DNA of 32,000 bases from Chloroflexota bacterium (lineage in GTDB: Bacteria; Chloroflexota; Dehalococcoidia; JACQUA01): assembly GCA_016210565.1 (NCBI GenBank), contig JACQUA010000037.1:1-32000 (forward strand). Direction: 5' to 3'. A program made the translations under genes and the position numbers. Of the stretch, positions 10,001 through 17,885 are shown piece after piece. Position 1 is the stretch's first letter. Every line of letters starts with the position of its first letter. The notes beneath the pieces are model-generated. The model did not search any database. It saw only the letters and a program-made list of their open reading frames with translations, and was not told where the DNA came from.

Positions 10001-11034
10001 GCGACGGGACGACCAGCTCGACAAAGAACCCGGTCAAGACCTATAGCAGCTCCGGCAACTACGCGGTGACGCTGACGGTGACCAATCCGGCTGGGAGCAG
10101 TTCGGCCACGGCGGTCAAGCGGGTGTACAGCATGCCTTCGGCGAACTTCACGGTCTCGGCGACCGGGGCCAACCCGGGGGGGGTGCTTTATTTCACCGAC
10201 CAGTCCAGCGGGAACGTTACCGGATGGTCATGGAGCTTCGGGGACGGGACGGGGAGTTCGTCCCAAAACCCGTCCAAGAGCTACGCCTCGACGGGCAACT
10301 ACAGCGTATCACTGACGGCCTCCAACCTGGCTGGCAGCAACACGCTTAGCCGGACGGGCTACGTCACGGTGACTTCTTCAGCCCTGAGTCTTACGGCGGA
10401 GACGGCCCTGGTACCGGACGTGTCCGGCGGGTACGCCGTCATCCGCGCCCGGATCAACCGGCTCAAAAACGGGGCAGAGGTCTTTGCCATCGGCGACGGG
10501 ATAGGGTCCTATGATGCCTATGTGACATACGTTGCCGCCGGGGTGACGGTGGTGGGGGTGGACATTGAAGCGCCCTTTGGCAGCCCCACGGTCACCGCCG
10601 GCACCGGGAGGACGGATTTCAACGCGTCGCAGGCGGGTGGGTCGCCGGCGCCGATGCTGGACGTGGCCCGGTTGAGGGTGCGGCTGCCGGGGAGCAGCGA
10701 ATTCCCCTATACCGTGACGCTGAATTTCAATAGCATCGCCAGGGTGAGCGGTGGTGGGACGGTAGAGCAGGCGGGTCCTGCCGGGGCCGTGTTTCGCAGG
10801 GGCGACGCCAATGGCAACGGGGTTGTGGACATGACCGATGCCCTGTTCATTGCCCAGTACCGGGTGGGCATCCGCGGCCTGGGTACCGACGCGCTGAGCG
10901 TTAACCCGGTCAGCGCTGCCAGCGTGAAGCCGGATGATGATGGGACCGGGGACAAGATCGACATGAATGACGCTCTGTTCATCGCCCAGTTCCGGGTGGG
11001 CATCCGGAATGCTTCTTTTCAGTGGACAGCGTGA
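7003..11034 (+). CDS. Secreted subtilisin-like (S8) serine protease with six PKD domains, a cohesin-like region and a dockerin-like C-terminal repeat pair
   Basis: Signal peptide MKQSIRLVSLACAVFVLFSFFPPLLDHAVAQ. Catalytic triad motifs VAVLDSGLD, GHGTHVAG and GTSMAAPHAAG. Six (V/S)A(G/N)F…FGDGTGSSSQNP…G(N/Y)YTVTLT repeats, then GDANGNGVVDMTDALFIAQYRVGIR and DDDGTGDKIDMNDALFIAQFRVGIR. Confidence 0.93.
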   Translation: MKQSIRLVSLACAVFVLFSFFPPLLDHAVAQGPVAPSKISSRLDMQLKEKAVYIARGGRMQPEEVTLPQLIGRPLEEASRQKVFIHSAERPGPAQLAELRAMGIAVYPDSWIPPVGRHPTGFFYAESPVDQIQVLAARDYVSRVETAEMASKPLNDLAAQATGANQVWNLGYRGAGVTVAVLDSGLDTNHLDFPVPVVKKDYSAYPVVDETVANTVTGHGTHVAGTAVGRGTRSGGTYKGAAPEASLVFIKIGRDSDSAAPSAGEVAAIRDAVDLYGARVITMSYGSWSDYHDGSGSVAQAVDYAVSRGAVYFGSAGNSANDGEHYSGTVSAGGTTGFVQVNATNTSGTSATNTTVLSFNMVWFDGPGIRNDLVLEYYDSAFQLLASTNGTQSQGSRGTESEVSRMNGWLPYLPSLATSTWYVRVRNNSATDQLFHLYYDDYYNSSSAVRVTFQTPDPFYTLSSPAEADGAIAVGAYVTRKIWTDYQGGMWQSSETVGTIASFSSRGPRVDGGAPGAPGKPNLVAPGSRIVSARDAVVYPWPNTNYNRYVIDNDGQFLNGSGPADYYLMQGTSMAAPHAAGIAALLLSKNPSLTPAQVRTYLESTATDKGDPGRDNTYGWGLINALAAINQVPAAVPPVAGFTRVLNPANGVAPVTANFTDTSTNSPTSWSWNFGDGSGSSSQNPSKTYSTPGNYTVTLTAGNIAGSSSASQTVNIYSIPVAGFTRTLNPANGVAPASATFTDSSTGNVTTWSWSFGDGTGSSSQNAVKIYSAGGNYTVTLTASNPAGSRSTSQIVSVYGAPVAGFSKSASIGLVPLTVNFADTSSGNVTGWSWNFGDGAGSSSQNPSRTYASSGNYTVTLTATNPAGSNSTSQAIAVYNLPVAGFTKSLSPGNGVAPVTVSFTDTSTGTPVTWSWDFGDGTGSSSQNPVKIYSAAGNHTVTLTVTNPPGGVGSVSQAVSVYSMPVAGFTENVSSGIAPLTVNFTDTSAGNIVSWLWSFGDGTTSSTKNPVKTYSSSGNYAVTLTVTNPAGSSSATAVKRVYSMPSANFTVSATGANPGGVLYFTDQSSGNVTGWSWSFGDGTGSSSQNPSKSYASTGNYSVSLTASNLAGSNTLSRTGYVTVTSSALSLTAETALVPDVSGGYAVIRARINRLKNGAEVFAIGDGIGSYDAYVTYVAAGVTVVGVDIEAPFGSPTVTAGTGRTDFNASQAGGSPAPMLDVARLRVRLPGSSEFPYTVTLNFNSIARVSGGGTVEQAGPAGAVFRRGDANGNGVVDMTDALFIAQYRVGIRGLGTDALSVNPVSAASVKPDDDGTGDKIDMNDALFIAQFRVGIRNASFQWTA
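8914..10375 (+). repeat. Six in-frame ~240-250 bp PKD-domain-encoding direct repeats
   Basis: Repeat starts near 8914, 9163, 9409, 9646, 9895 and 10135, each coding PV/PSAxF…WSW(N/S)FGDG. Confidence 0.85.
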
Positions 11035-11040
11035 GCGATG

Positions 11041-11097
11041 TAGGGTGGGTTAAGCCCAACCGGGTGGCGCCGGTGGGTGGGGTTGGGCGAACCCACC
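11041..11097 (+). repeat. Dispersed repeat TAGGGTGGGTTAAGC…GCGAACCCACC, copy a
   Basis: Same termini as copies at 12372-12416 (inverted), 17398-17454 and 17784-17841 (inverted). Confidence 0.8.
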
Positions 11098-11261
11098 ATC
11101 CTCCATGGAAGCTCCTTTCTTCGATGTTCCCTTAGTGCTCTCGCGCAGGTGGATTCGCACAACAGGCTGGCTCGCTTTGACGTGCGTATCCCGGTTGGTG
11201 GCTTTCTGTCACATGGGGGCGTTGCCCGGAATTTTGGCCGGCTCCGGGGATGTACAGCCCT

Positions 11262-11281
11262 CGCAGGCACGGAGGCCTGCG
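11262..11281. repeat. Short palindromic element CGCAGGCACGGAGGCCTGCG
   Basis: 7-bp stem CGCAGGC/GCCTGCG. Resembles hairpins at 14094, 22129 and 23835. Confidence 0.6.
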
Positions 11282-11458
11282 GTACCGGGCTTCTAACTTG
11301 ACATGCCAGCTTTGAGTGGGGTATGCTCATGGGGCCGATGGCGAACAACGCAAAGAGGGGACCCGGGTCTGCCCTGCGGGTACCCGCGGTGCTTTCACCC
11401 TCTCTTTAGCCCTCTCCCATCAAGGGAGAGGAGACTTGCTGAAAGGCCCTCCTCCGAT

Positions 11459-12169
11459 TTGAACGAAGTCCTCCTCTTAGAGGAAAAACTGAATGTCAGT
11501 TTCCGCGACAAGGCCCTCCTGGAGCAGGCCCTGGTTCACAGTTCCTTCCTCAACGAGAACCCCCAGGCCACCGCGGCTTCCAACGAACGGATGGAGTTCC
11601 TTGGCGATGCTCTGATAGGACTGGTGGTCGCTCGCGAGCTCTATTTGGGCTATCCCGATTTGGCCGAAGGGCAGATGACCCGCCTGCGGGCTTCGATCAT
11701 CAATGGAGAGGTCCTGGCGGGGCGGGCCAAAGCCCTGGGCGTGGGAGACTGCCTTATCCTGGGAAAGGGAGAGGAGCTGGACGGTGGGCGGGACAAAGAA
11801 AGAAACCTGGCGGGGGCTTTTGAGGCGGTCATGGGGGCCTTGCTCGTGGACCAGGGACTCGAGGTTGCCAGCGAAGCCGTGGTGAGGCTGCTGGACGAGG
11901 AAATCAAGAATGCCGTAGAAGGCAGGACCGGCGTTGATCATAAGTCGGAGCTTCAGGAGCTGGTGCAAAAAGTGTACCGGATGACTCCGAGTTATCGCGT
12001 GGCGGCGGCGGATGGGCCGGAGCACCAGCGGCGCTTCACTGCCGAACTATTCGTCGGCGAGGATTTGCTGGGGACCGGGACCGGGCCGAGCAAACACAAG
12101 GCAGAGCGGGAGGCGGCAAGGGCCGCACTGGAGAAGCTGAAAGGGGAGGGAGTAGGGAGTAGGGAGTAG
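11459..12169 (+). CDS. rnc: Ribonuclease III
   Basis: NERMEFLGDALIGLVVARELY, LAGAFEAVMGALLVDQG and a C-terminal dsRBD (DHKSELQELVQK…GTGPSKHKAEREAARAALEKL). TTG start at 11459 inferred from homology (LNEVLLLEEKL…); the ORF-track start at 11303 is too far upstream. Confidence 0.93.
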   Translation: MNEVLLLEEKLNVSFRDKALLEQALVHSSFLNENPQATAASNERMEFLGDALIGLVVARELYLGYPDLAEGQMTRLRASIINGEVLAGRAKALGVGDCLILGKGEELDGGRDKERNLAGAFEAVMGALLVDQGLEVASEAVVRLLDEEIKNAVEGRTGVDHKSELQELVQKVYRMTPSYRVAAADGPEHQRRFTAELFVGEDLLGTGTGPSKHKAEREAARAALEKLKGEGVGSRE

Positions 12170-12256
12170 GAAGGGTAGGAAGAGTAGGAAGGGTAGGAAG
12201 GGTAGGAAGGGTAGGAAGGGTAGGAAGGGTAGGAAGAGTAGGAAGAGTAGCAAAGT
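12149..12256. repeat. Microsatellite: (GGGAGTA)n passing into ~10 copies of 9-bp GTAGGAAGG/GTAGGAAGA
   Basis: Direct reading. Opposite-strand frames give (LPT)n and (LPF)n. The array overlaps the rnc stop codon. Confidence 0.95.
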
Positions 12257-12371
12257 AGTTAGAGCAAGCAGTTAGCCGAGCGGGTGGGTAAGCATCCCGA
12301 TGCAATCGGGATGGGAACCCAGCAGAGCAAGGGGCACCAGAACGAAGCTGTGCAAGCCGTCCGAGAACAAC

Positions 12372-12416
12372 GGTGGGTTCGCGTCCCGATGTCATCGGGA
12401 CGCTTAACCCACCCTA
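12372..12416 (-). repeat. Dispersed repeat (copy b, inverted): GGTGGGTTCGC…GCTTAACCCACCCTA
   Basis: Reverse-complement relationship to 11041-11097. Contains internal palindrome CGTCCCGATGTCATCGGGACG. Confidence 0.8.
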
Positions 12417-12463
12417 CGGAACCGACTGCTGAATGCTGATAGCTGTTACCGAAAGGAGATAGC

Positions 12464-13990
12464 ATGGTCGAGAGGAACATCACGAGCCTGAGAGGCGCCC
12501 TGGACTATTTGAATTCCATCGGGGAACTATCTGTGGTGAAGGGAGAGGTGAGCCCTATCCTGGAGATTTCGGGCATCCAGAAGGCCCTGGAAAACGGGCC
12601 AACCCTGTTGTTCGAGAACATTCAGGGCTATCCCTGGGTCAGGGATGTGGGGAACATCTTCTCCCGCCGGGAGAGGGTAGCCAAACTCTTTGGCGCGGAT
12701 GATTACAAGCAGGTCAAATTCAAGTGCCAGGAGGCAATCCGCCATCCGCTGCCGGTGAAAGAGGTCACCGAGGCGCCTTGCCAGGAAGTGGTCATCGACC
12801 GGGACATAGATGTCATGGGGACCCTGCCCATATTGAAACATACCGAAAGGGACGGCGCCAGGATTCTGGGCGGGGGCAACACGTTGATCAGCGGCAAGTT
12901 CTTCCGGGGCGGCACACACATTTCTTTCAACCGGATGAGTTTTCGGGGAAAGGACTGGGGGACCATCTCTTTCGGCTCCGGCAATCACGCGGAATGGGTA
13001 ACCTACATCGAGCACCGTTCGGAGACGATTCCGGTGACCATCAACATCGGCAATCCGCCGGCGGTGACCGCCGCCGCGGCAGCCGGTTTCCTCCATCCCA
13101 TTGTGCCCATCGGCGCCGACGAGCTGGGGTTTTCGGGCGCGCTCCAGGGGTCGCCGGTGGAACTGGTTAAGGCGAAGACCGTGGACGCTTATGCCATCGC
13201 CCAGGCGGAATGGGTTATCGAGGGCTGGGTGAACAGCAAGGAGCGGGCCTGGGAAACCGAAGAGGCGGAGAAACTGGGTCGGATCGGGGTGGCGCCCTTT
13301 TTCCCGGAGTGGACGGGATACCTGGGAAGGGCCTACCGTCTACTGAAGTTCCACGTCACCGCCATCACGCACCGGCGTAACCGTCCCATCTTCTTCTCCC
13401 CCCTGGCCAATGGTTTCGAGACTGACATCGGCGGATCGCTGTTCCGTGAAGCCTGCTTCCTGGAACTGGCCGACCGCATGAGGCCCGGGCTGGTCCAGGA
13501 CGTCAATACGTTCGAAGGGGTGGCGGGGTGGGCGGGGCACGTGGTCTTCCAGGTGAAGAAAGCGCGGCGGGCCGATGAAGGCCACCAGAGGAACCTTCTG
13601 AGCGCGGCGCTGGCGGCGGCCCAGGGGCAGCGTCTGGTGATAGTGGTGGACGAGGATGTGGACATCTACAGCCCGGAGGACGTGCTCTGGGCTTTGACCA
13701 CCCGGCTGAATCCCGGCACGGGCCTCGTGCGCATAGCGGCGGGCGGCATGGGACAGGCGCTGATGCCGATGGAAAGATCAGGGATCGCCGTTCAGTCCAG
13801 CGAAGAGATCCGGCACGAAGGCGGCCTGGGTTTGGACGCTACCGTTCCCTTTGACGGCAAATGGAATTTCGAGAGGGCCAAACATCCGGGAGACAAGGTC
13901 GACCTGAAGAGATGGTTTACGGCTGAGGAGCTCGCCCGGATCAGGGAACAGCAGAGTCCCTATGCCCGGCTGATGGCGGTGAAGGGGTAG
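12464..13990 (+). CDS. UbiD-family decarboxylase, divergent subtype (paralog 1)
   Basis: LFENIQGYP, SFNRMSFRGKDW, KAKTVDAYAIAQAEWVIEG, APFFPEWTGYLG, VVDEDVDIYSPEDVLWAL. Aligns end to end with the ORFs at 18707 and 22231. Confidence 0.9.
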   Translation: MVERNITSLRGALDYLNSIGELSVVKGEVSPILEISGIQKALENGPTLLFENIQGYPWVRDVGNIFSRRERVAKLFGADDYKQVKFKCQEAIRHPLPVKEVTEAPCQEVVIDRDIDVMGTLPILKHTERDGARILGGGNTLISGKFFRGGTHISFNRMSFRGKDWGTISFGSGNHAEWVTYIEHRSETIPVTINIGNPPAVTAAAAAGFLHPIVPIGADELGFSGALQGSPVELVKAKTVDAYAIAQAEWVIEGWVNSKERAWETEEAEKLGRIGVAPFFPEWTGYLGRAYRLLKFHVTAITHRRNRPIFFSPLANGFETDIGGSLFREACFLELADRMRPGLVQDVNTFEGVAGWAGHVVFQVKKARRADEGHQRNLLSAALAAAQGQRLVIVVDEDVDIYSPEDVLWALTTRLNPGTGLVRIAAGGMGQALMPMERSGIAVQSSEEIRHEGGLGLDATVPFDGKWNFERAKHPGDKVDLKRWFTAEELARIREQQSPYARLMAVKG

Positions 13991-14093
13991 GGGGCGAATA
14001 ATCCCGTAGCGGCAGGACTTGCCCCTGACGGGGCAGGGCGAGGATGGGTGGTCCGCCGCCGCGGCGATGTCGGCAGGGCGCGGTGACCTCAGC

Positions 14094-14115
14094 CGACAGG
14101 CTGGAAAGCCTGTCG
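14094..14115. repeat. Perfect hairpin CGACAGGCTGGAAAGCCTGTCG (9-bp stem, GGAA loop)
   Basis: Direct reading. Located in the paralog-1 / ligase A intergenic region. Confidence 0.75.
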
Positions 14116-14221
14116 TACCGGGGGAGTTGACGGGGCCAGCCGAAATCCTGTATAAATTACCAGTTACGCGACCCCTTCTGGAAACCAGCATCGGAGGGAT
14201 TCGACGAAGGAGAATTTCTAA

Positions 14222-15871
14222 ATGGCGATTCCGGCGCGGTACACTCCACAGATGATGGAGGAATACCTGAAGACTGGCCAGTGGAACCCCGTTCCCTGGC
14301 CGGAGGTCTGGGACAATAACGCCAGGGATTTCCCGAACCATGAGGCTATTTGCGATGCCAGGACCCGCTTGACCTGGGGCCAGGCGAAAGAGTGGATCGA
14401 CCGGTTCGCTCTGGGGTTTCTGGAGATGGGTTTCAAAAGAGACGAGGTCATGGTTATCCAGCTACCCAACTCGGCGGAGCTGGCCCTCCTCCGCCTCGCC
14501 TGTGAGAAAGCAGGAATTCTTTGCGCTCCCGTTCTGCGCACCCTGCGGCACAAAGAGATGGAGTACATCCTCAGCTTCACCGGCGCCCGGGGTATCATCA
14601 TCCCGCTGGAGTTCCGCGGTTTCAATTATCTTCAGATGGTACAGGAGATCCGTCCCGTCCTGCCTGGTCTGAAAGACGTCTTCGTCGCCGGGGATGTGGC
14701 GCCCGCCGGGTGCGTCTCGATCAAAGAGATGCTGCAGAAACCCCTGGAAAAGAAATATCCCCCAGGCTATTTGAAGAAGTTCACCTATGATGCCAGGGAG
14801 ACTTCCTGGATCAGCCACACCAGCGGCAGCACGGGCTTTCCCAAGTTTGTCCAGATACCAGCGGTGGCACGGCGCAGCCTCTGCGAGGGCCAGGTGCATG
14901 TCCTGAAACTGACTCAGAAGGACGTCGTCGGGGCCCTTTCCCCGGCCACCGGCGGGCCGAACATCATCACCTACTGGGCGGCGGCGATGGTGGGCGCCAG
15001 GGTGGTCATGATGGAGCATTTCGAGGCCGAAGAGGCGATGCAGCTTATCCAGAAAGAGAAAATAAGCGTGGCAGGGCTGGTCCCCACCATGCTGACCGGC
15101 ATACTGCGTCATCCCAACCGGCACAAGTATGACTTGAGCTCGATGCGGGCCTGGTACTGCGCTGCCGGGACCCCGCCATTTCAATTGGTCAAGGAGCTTG
15201 AGGAGACGGTGGGCGGGAAGGTGATCCAGGCCTATGGAGCCGTGGATTACGGTTGCGCCACCAATGCCGGGCTGGACGACTCGATGGAAGTCAGGGTGCT
15301 CACGGCCGGCAAGCCGTGCTGGGGCGCCCGCCTGAAGATAGTCGATGACAATGGCAACGAGTTGCCCCGGGGGGAGGTGGGAGAGGTGTGGGGGACCGGC
15401 CCCGGAGGCGTCGGCGGCTATTACAAAGATGAAAAGGCTACCTGGGAAGCCTGGACCAGGGACAACTGGTACCGCACCGGGGACCTGGGAAAGATCAATG
15501 AAGACGGCAACCTGCTCATCGTGGGGCGGAAAAAGGAGATGATCAAACGGGGCGGACAGAACATCTACCCTATCGAGGTAGAGAAATTGCTGATAACCCA
15601 TCCCAGGGTGAACGACGTGGCTGTGGTGGGCATGCCGGACCCGGAGATGCTGGAAAGGGCCTGCGCCTACGTGGTCCCCAAGCCGGGGCAGAAATTTCTC
15701 TTTGACGATATGTCGGAGTTCTTGAAAGAAAAGGGCCTGGCGCCTTTCAAAATCCCGGAGAGGCTGGAAATCCTGGAAAAGATGCCCATGCTGGCGGCCG
15801 ACCAGAAGATCGACAAGAAGGTCCTGAAGGCGGACATTGTCGAAAAGCTAAAAGCCGAGGGTAAGGTCTAG
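14222..15871 (+). CDS. AMP-dependent acyl/aryl acid ligase (DhbE/EntE-like adenylate-forming enzyme), ligase A
   Basis: P-loop SHTSGSTGFPKF, YRTGDLGKINEDGNLLIVGRKKEMIKRGGQNIYPIEVE, C-terminal ADQKIDKKVLKADIV. Upstream RBS GAAGGAG. Confidence 0.9.
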   Translation: MAIPARYTPQMMEEYLKTGQWNPVPWPEVWDNNARDFPNHEAICDARTRLTWGQAKEWIDRFALGFLEMGFKRDEVMVIQLPNSAELALLRLACEKAGILCAPVLRTLRHKEMEYILSFTGARGIIIPLEFRGFNYLQMVQEIRPVLPGLKDVFVAGDVAPAGCVSIKEMLQKPLEKKYPPGYLKKFTYDARETSWISHTSGSTGFPKFVQIPAVARRSLCEGQVHVLKLTQKDVVGALSPATGGPNIITYWAAAMVGARVVMMEHFEAEEAMQLIQKEKISVAGLVPTMLTGILRHPNRHKYDLSSMRAWYCAAGTPPFQLVKELEETVGGKVIQAYGAVDYGCATNAGLDDSMEVRVLTAGKPCWGARLKIVDDNGNELPRGEVGEVWGTGPGGVGGYYKDEKATWEAWTRDNWYRTGDLGKINEDGNLLIVGRKKEMIKRGGQNIYPIEVEKLLITHPRVNDVAVVGMPDPEMLERACAYVVPKPGQKFLFDDMSEFLKEKGLAPFKIPERLEILEKMPMLAADQKIDKKVLKADIVEKLKAEGKV

Positions 15872-15872
15872 C

Positions 15873-15895
15873 TTTGCAAGGGGTCCCCTTGCAAA
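15873..15895. promoter_or_regulatory. 23-bp near-perfect palindrome TTTGCAAGGGGTCCCCTTGCAAA between ligase A stop and ubiX
   Basis: Symmetric arms of 11 nt around a central T. Begins 1 nt after the ligase A stop. No T-tract follows, so not an obvious intrinsic terminator. Confidence 0.45.
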
Positions 15896-15913
15896 TGTGA
15901 AGGGCTGACAAGA

Positions 15914-16477
15914 ATGGTACTCATCATCGCCATCACCGGCGCCTCCGGCGCCATCTATGGAATCAGGTTGCTGGAAGTGCTCAAACAGGCCGGGGACGTG
16001 GAAACCCACCTGGTCATTTCCGAGGCCGCGGCGCGTACCATCGAGTACGAGACCACCTACACCGTGGCCGGGGTCATGAAACTGGCGCACCACTGCTATG
16101 ACAACAAAGATGTCGGCGCGGCGCTGGCCAGCGGGTCCTTCCGCCGCGACGGCATGGTGGTCATGCCGTGCTCGGTCAAAACCATGGGGGCCCTGGCCCA
16201 TTCTTATTCGGAGAACCTGATTATCCGCGCCGGAGACGTGACTTTGAAGGAGCGGAAAAGGCTGGTGCTGGTGGTCAGGGAAACGCCGCTGCATCTCGGC
16301 CACTTGAGAAACATGGTGCAGCTTACGGAAATGGGCGCCGTGATCCTGCCGCCGGTGACCAATTTCTACAGCAAGCCGAAAACCATCGATGACCTGATCA
16401 ACCATATCGTCGGCCGCACGCTCGACCTTTTTGGCATCGACCATTCCCTGGTGAAGCGGTGGAAGGGGGAGGGGTAG
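15914..16477 (+). CDS. ubiX: UbiX-family flavin prenyltransferase
   Basis: IIAITGASGAIYGIRLLEVL, LVISEAAARTIEYE, VVMPCSVKTMGALAHSYSENLIIRAGDVTLKERKRLVLVVRETPLHLGHLRNM, GAVILPP. Confidence 0.93.
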   Translation: MVLIIAITGASGAIYGIRLLEVLKQAGDVETHLVISEAAARTIEYETTYTVAGVMKLAHHCYDNKDVGAALASGSFRRDGMVVMPCSVKTMGALAHSYSENLIIRAGDVTLKERKRLVLVVRETPLHLGHLRNMVQLTEMGAVILPPVTNFYSKPKTIDDLINHIVGRTLDLFGIDHSLVKRWKGEG

Positions 16478-16624
16478 TGATGTGGGGTTTGAAGGTTCAT
16501 AAGGTTATAAGGTTGGAAGGCTCGAAAGTTTGGCGGTTGAAAAGAGTAGAGGGTGATAGCTGACAACTGACCTCTGATAGCTACCCCAGAGGCTACCCCG
16601 GAGAACTCAAATAAGGAGGAGCGA

Positions 16625-17365
16625 ATGGCTACCGACTACGAGAACCTGCTCGACCTGGTGAGACGGAGGCGGAGCACCAGGCGCTACAAGCCGGACCCGG
16701 TGGCGGACGGGGACATCGAAAAGATAATCGAAGTGGCGCGGTGGGCTATGTCCGGGGCCAACGCCCAGCCCTGGGAATTCGTGGTGGTGAAAGACGGGAA
16801 TACCAGGGCAGAGATATTCGAACTGTACAAGCTACACCGGACGCAGACAGACGTGTTCAACAAGCTGCTGCCCCCGGAACTGAAGCATCCGGTCACGGGT
16901 ACGCTCAAGGCCGGCCAGCCTTCTTTCAGAGACGCCCCGGTGTTTATAGTGGTCTGCGGCGACAGCCGGACTCTGCTGGCCACCAGCCTGTCTGCGGAGA
17001 TAATGGGCTACGAACGCACAACGTATCATTTCAATCTGGCTAATGCCACGATGCTGGTCCACCTGGCGGCTGCTTCCTTGGGTCTGGGGACGCAGTGGAT
17101 CAGCACCAGCCCGATCTGGGAAGGGAAGCTGAAGACCCTTCTTGGCATACCCGACTGGTTTACGGTCCCGCATCTGGCGCCCCTGGGCTACCGCGATTAC
17201 ACGCCGCCACCGCCGTACCGGCGCGAGGTGTCCGAAATACTCCACCGGGAAGAATACGAACAGTCAAAATTCCGGACGGATGAGCAGGTCCTGGAGTACA
17301 TCGCGCTGGTAAGAAATCGGGCCAGGGCGGCGTACTACATTCCGCCCGAAAAAGGGAAGAAGTGA
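16625..17365 (+). CDS. Nitroreductase family FMN-dependent oxidoreductase
   Basis: RRRSTRRYKPDPVADGDIEKIIEVARWAMSGANAQPWEFVVVKD … MLVHLAAASLGLGTQWI … LLGIPDWFTVPHLAPLGY. Confidence 0.85.
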   Translation: MATDYENLLDLVRRRRSTRRYKPDPVADGDIEKIIEVARWAMSGANAQPWEFVVVKDGNTRAEIFELYKLHRTQTDVFNKLLPPELKHPVTGTLKAGQPSFRDAPVFIVVCGDSRTLLATSLSAEIMGYERTTYHFNLANATMLVHLAAASLGLGTQWISTSPIWEGKLKTLLGIPDWFTVPHLAPLGYRDYTPPPPYRREVSEILHREEYEQSKFRTDEQVLEYIALVRNRARAAYYIPPEKGKK

Positions 17366-17397
17366 CAGAGAAATGAGATAGAGATAGAGAAGCCGCG

Positions 17398-17454
17398 TAG
17401 GGTGGGTTAAGCACAGTGGGGCCTGGGGAAGATGGGTGGCTGGGCGAACCCACC
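17398..17454 (+). repeat. Dispersed repeat TAGGGTGGGTTAAGC…GCGAACCCACC, copy c
   Basis: Same 15-nt and 11-nt termini as copy a. Confidence 0.8.
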
Positions 17455-17590
17455 GTTCGACGCCAATTCCAATAACCAACCCCTGACTGAATCGGGGGCC
17501 AAAAGACTCCAACAACGAAATTCCAAATGAGAAAACCGACGGAGCCCTTTTGGGGGCTAGACCATTGGGATTTTCATATTGCTCCGAAAA

Positions 17591-17699
17591 TGTCACCCTG
17601 AGCGCAGTCGAAGGGTCTTTCGTCCGGCGCCCCACCTCGAAAGATTCTTCGACTATCCCGATTCTATCGGGACTGCGCTCGCTTCGCACAGAATGACAT
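17591..17699. repeat. MITE-like element TGTCACCCTGAGCGCAGTCGAAGGGTC…CGCTCGCTTCGCACAGAATGACA
   Basis: Imperfect terminal inverted repeats. Related copies at 26785-26909 and 28015-28197. Confidence 0.7.
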
Positions 17700-17783
17700 T
17701 TTCATCGTTCATTGTCCCGACTCGTCGGGATGGCCGATTGTTGTTTGGAATTTGGCTTTTGGGATTTGGAATTTCGCGTCGTT

Positions 17784-17841
17784 GGTGGGTTCGCGCAACC
17801 ACCCCGGTCAGCACCGCCCCATTTGCGCTTAACCCACCCTA
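17784..17841 (-). repeat. Dispersed repeat (copy d, inverted): GGTGGGTTCGC…GCTTAACCCACCCTA
   Basis: Same termini as copy b, inverted relative to copy c. Confidence 0.8.
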
Positions 17842-17885
17842 CCCGTATTGTGTCCTTTATTGTTAGCGGTCGAAAGAGTGACGGC

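Noticed and set aside
11411-11431. Hairpin CCTCTCCCATCAAGGGAGAGG upstream of rnc as an RNase III autoregulatory site
   Set aside because: The 8-bp stem is too short for typical RNase III processing, and the sequence looks like a common dispersed repeat. Not claimed without mapping data.
12036-12395. Minus-strand (LPT)n / (LPF)n ORFs as real low-complexity proteins
   Set aside because: They arise from the 9-bp GTAGGAAGG microsatellite, and both frames give repeats.
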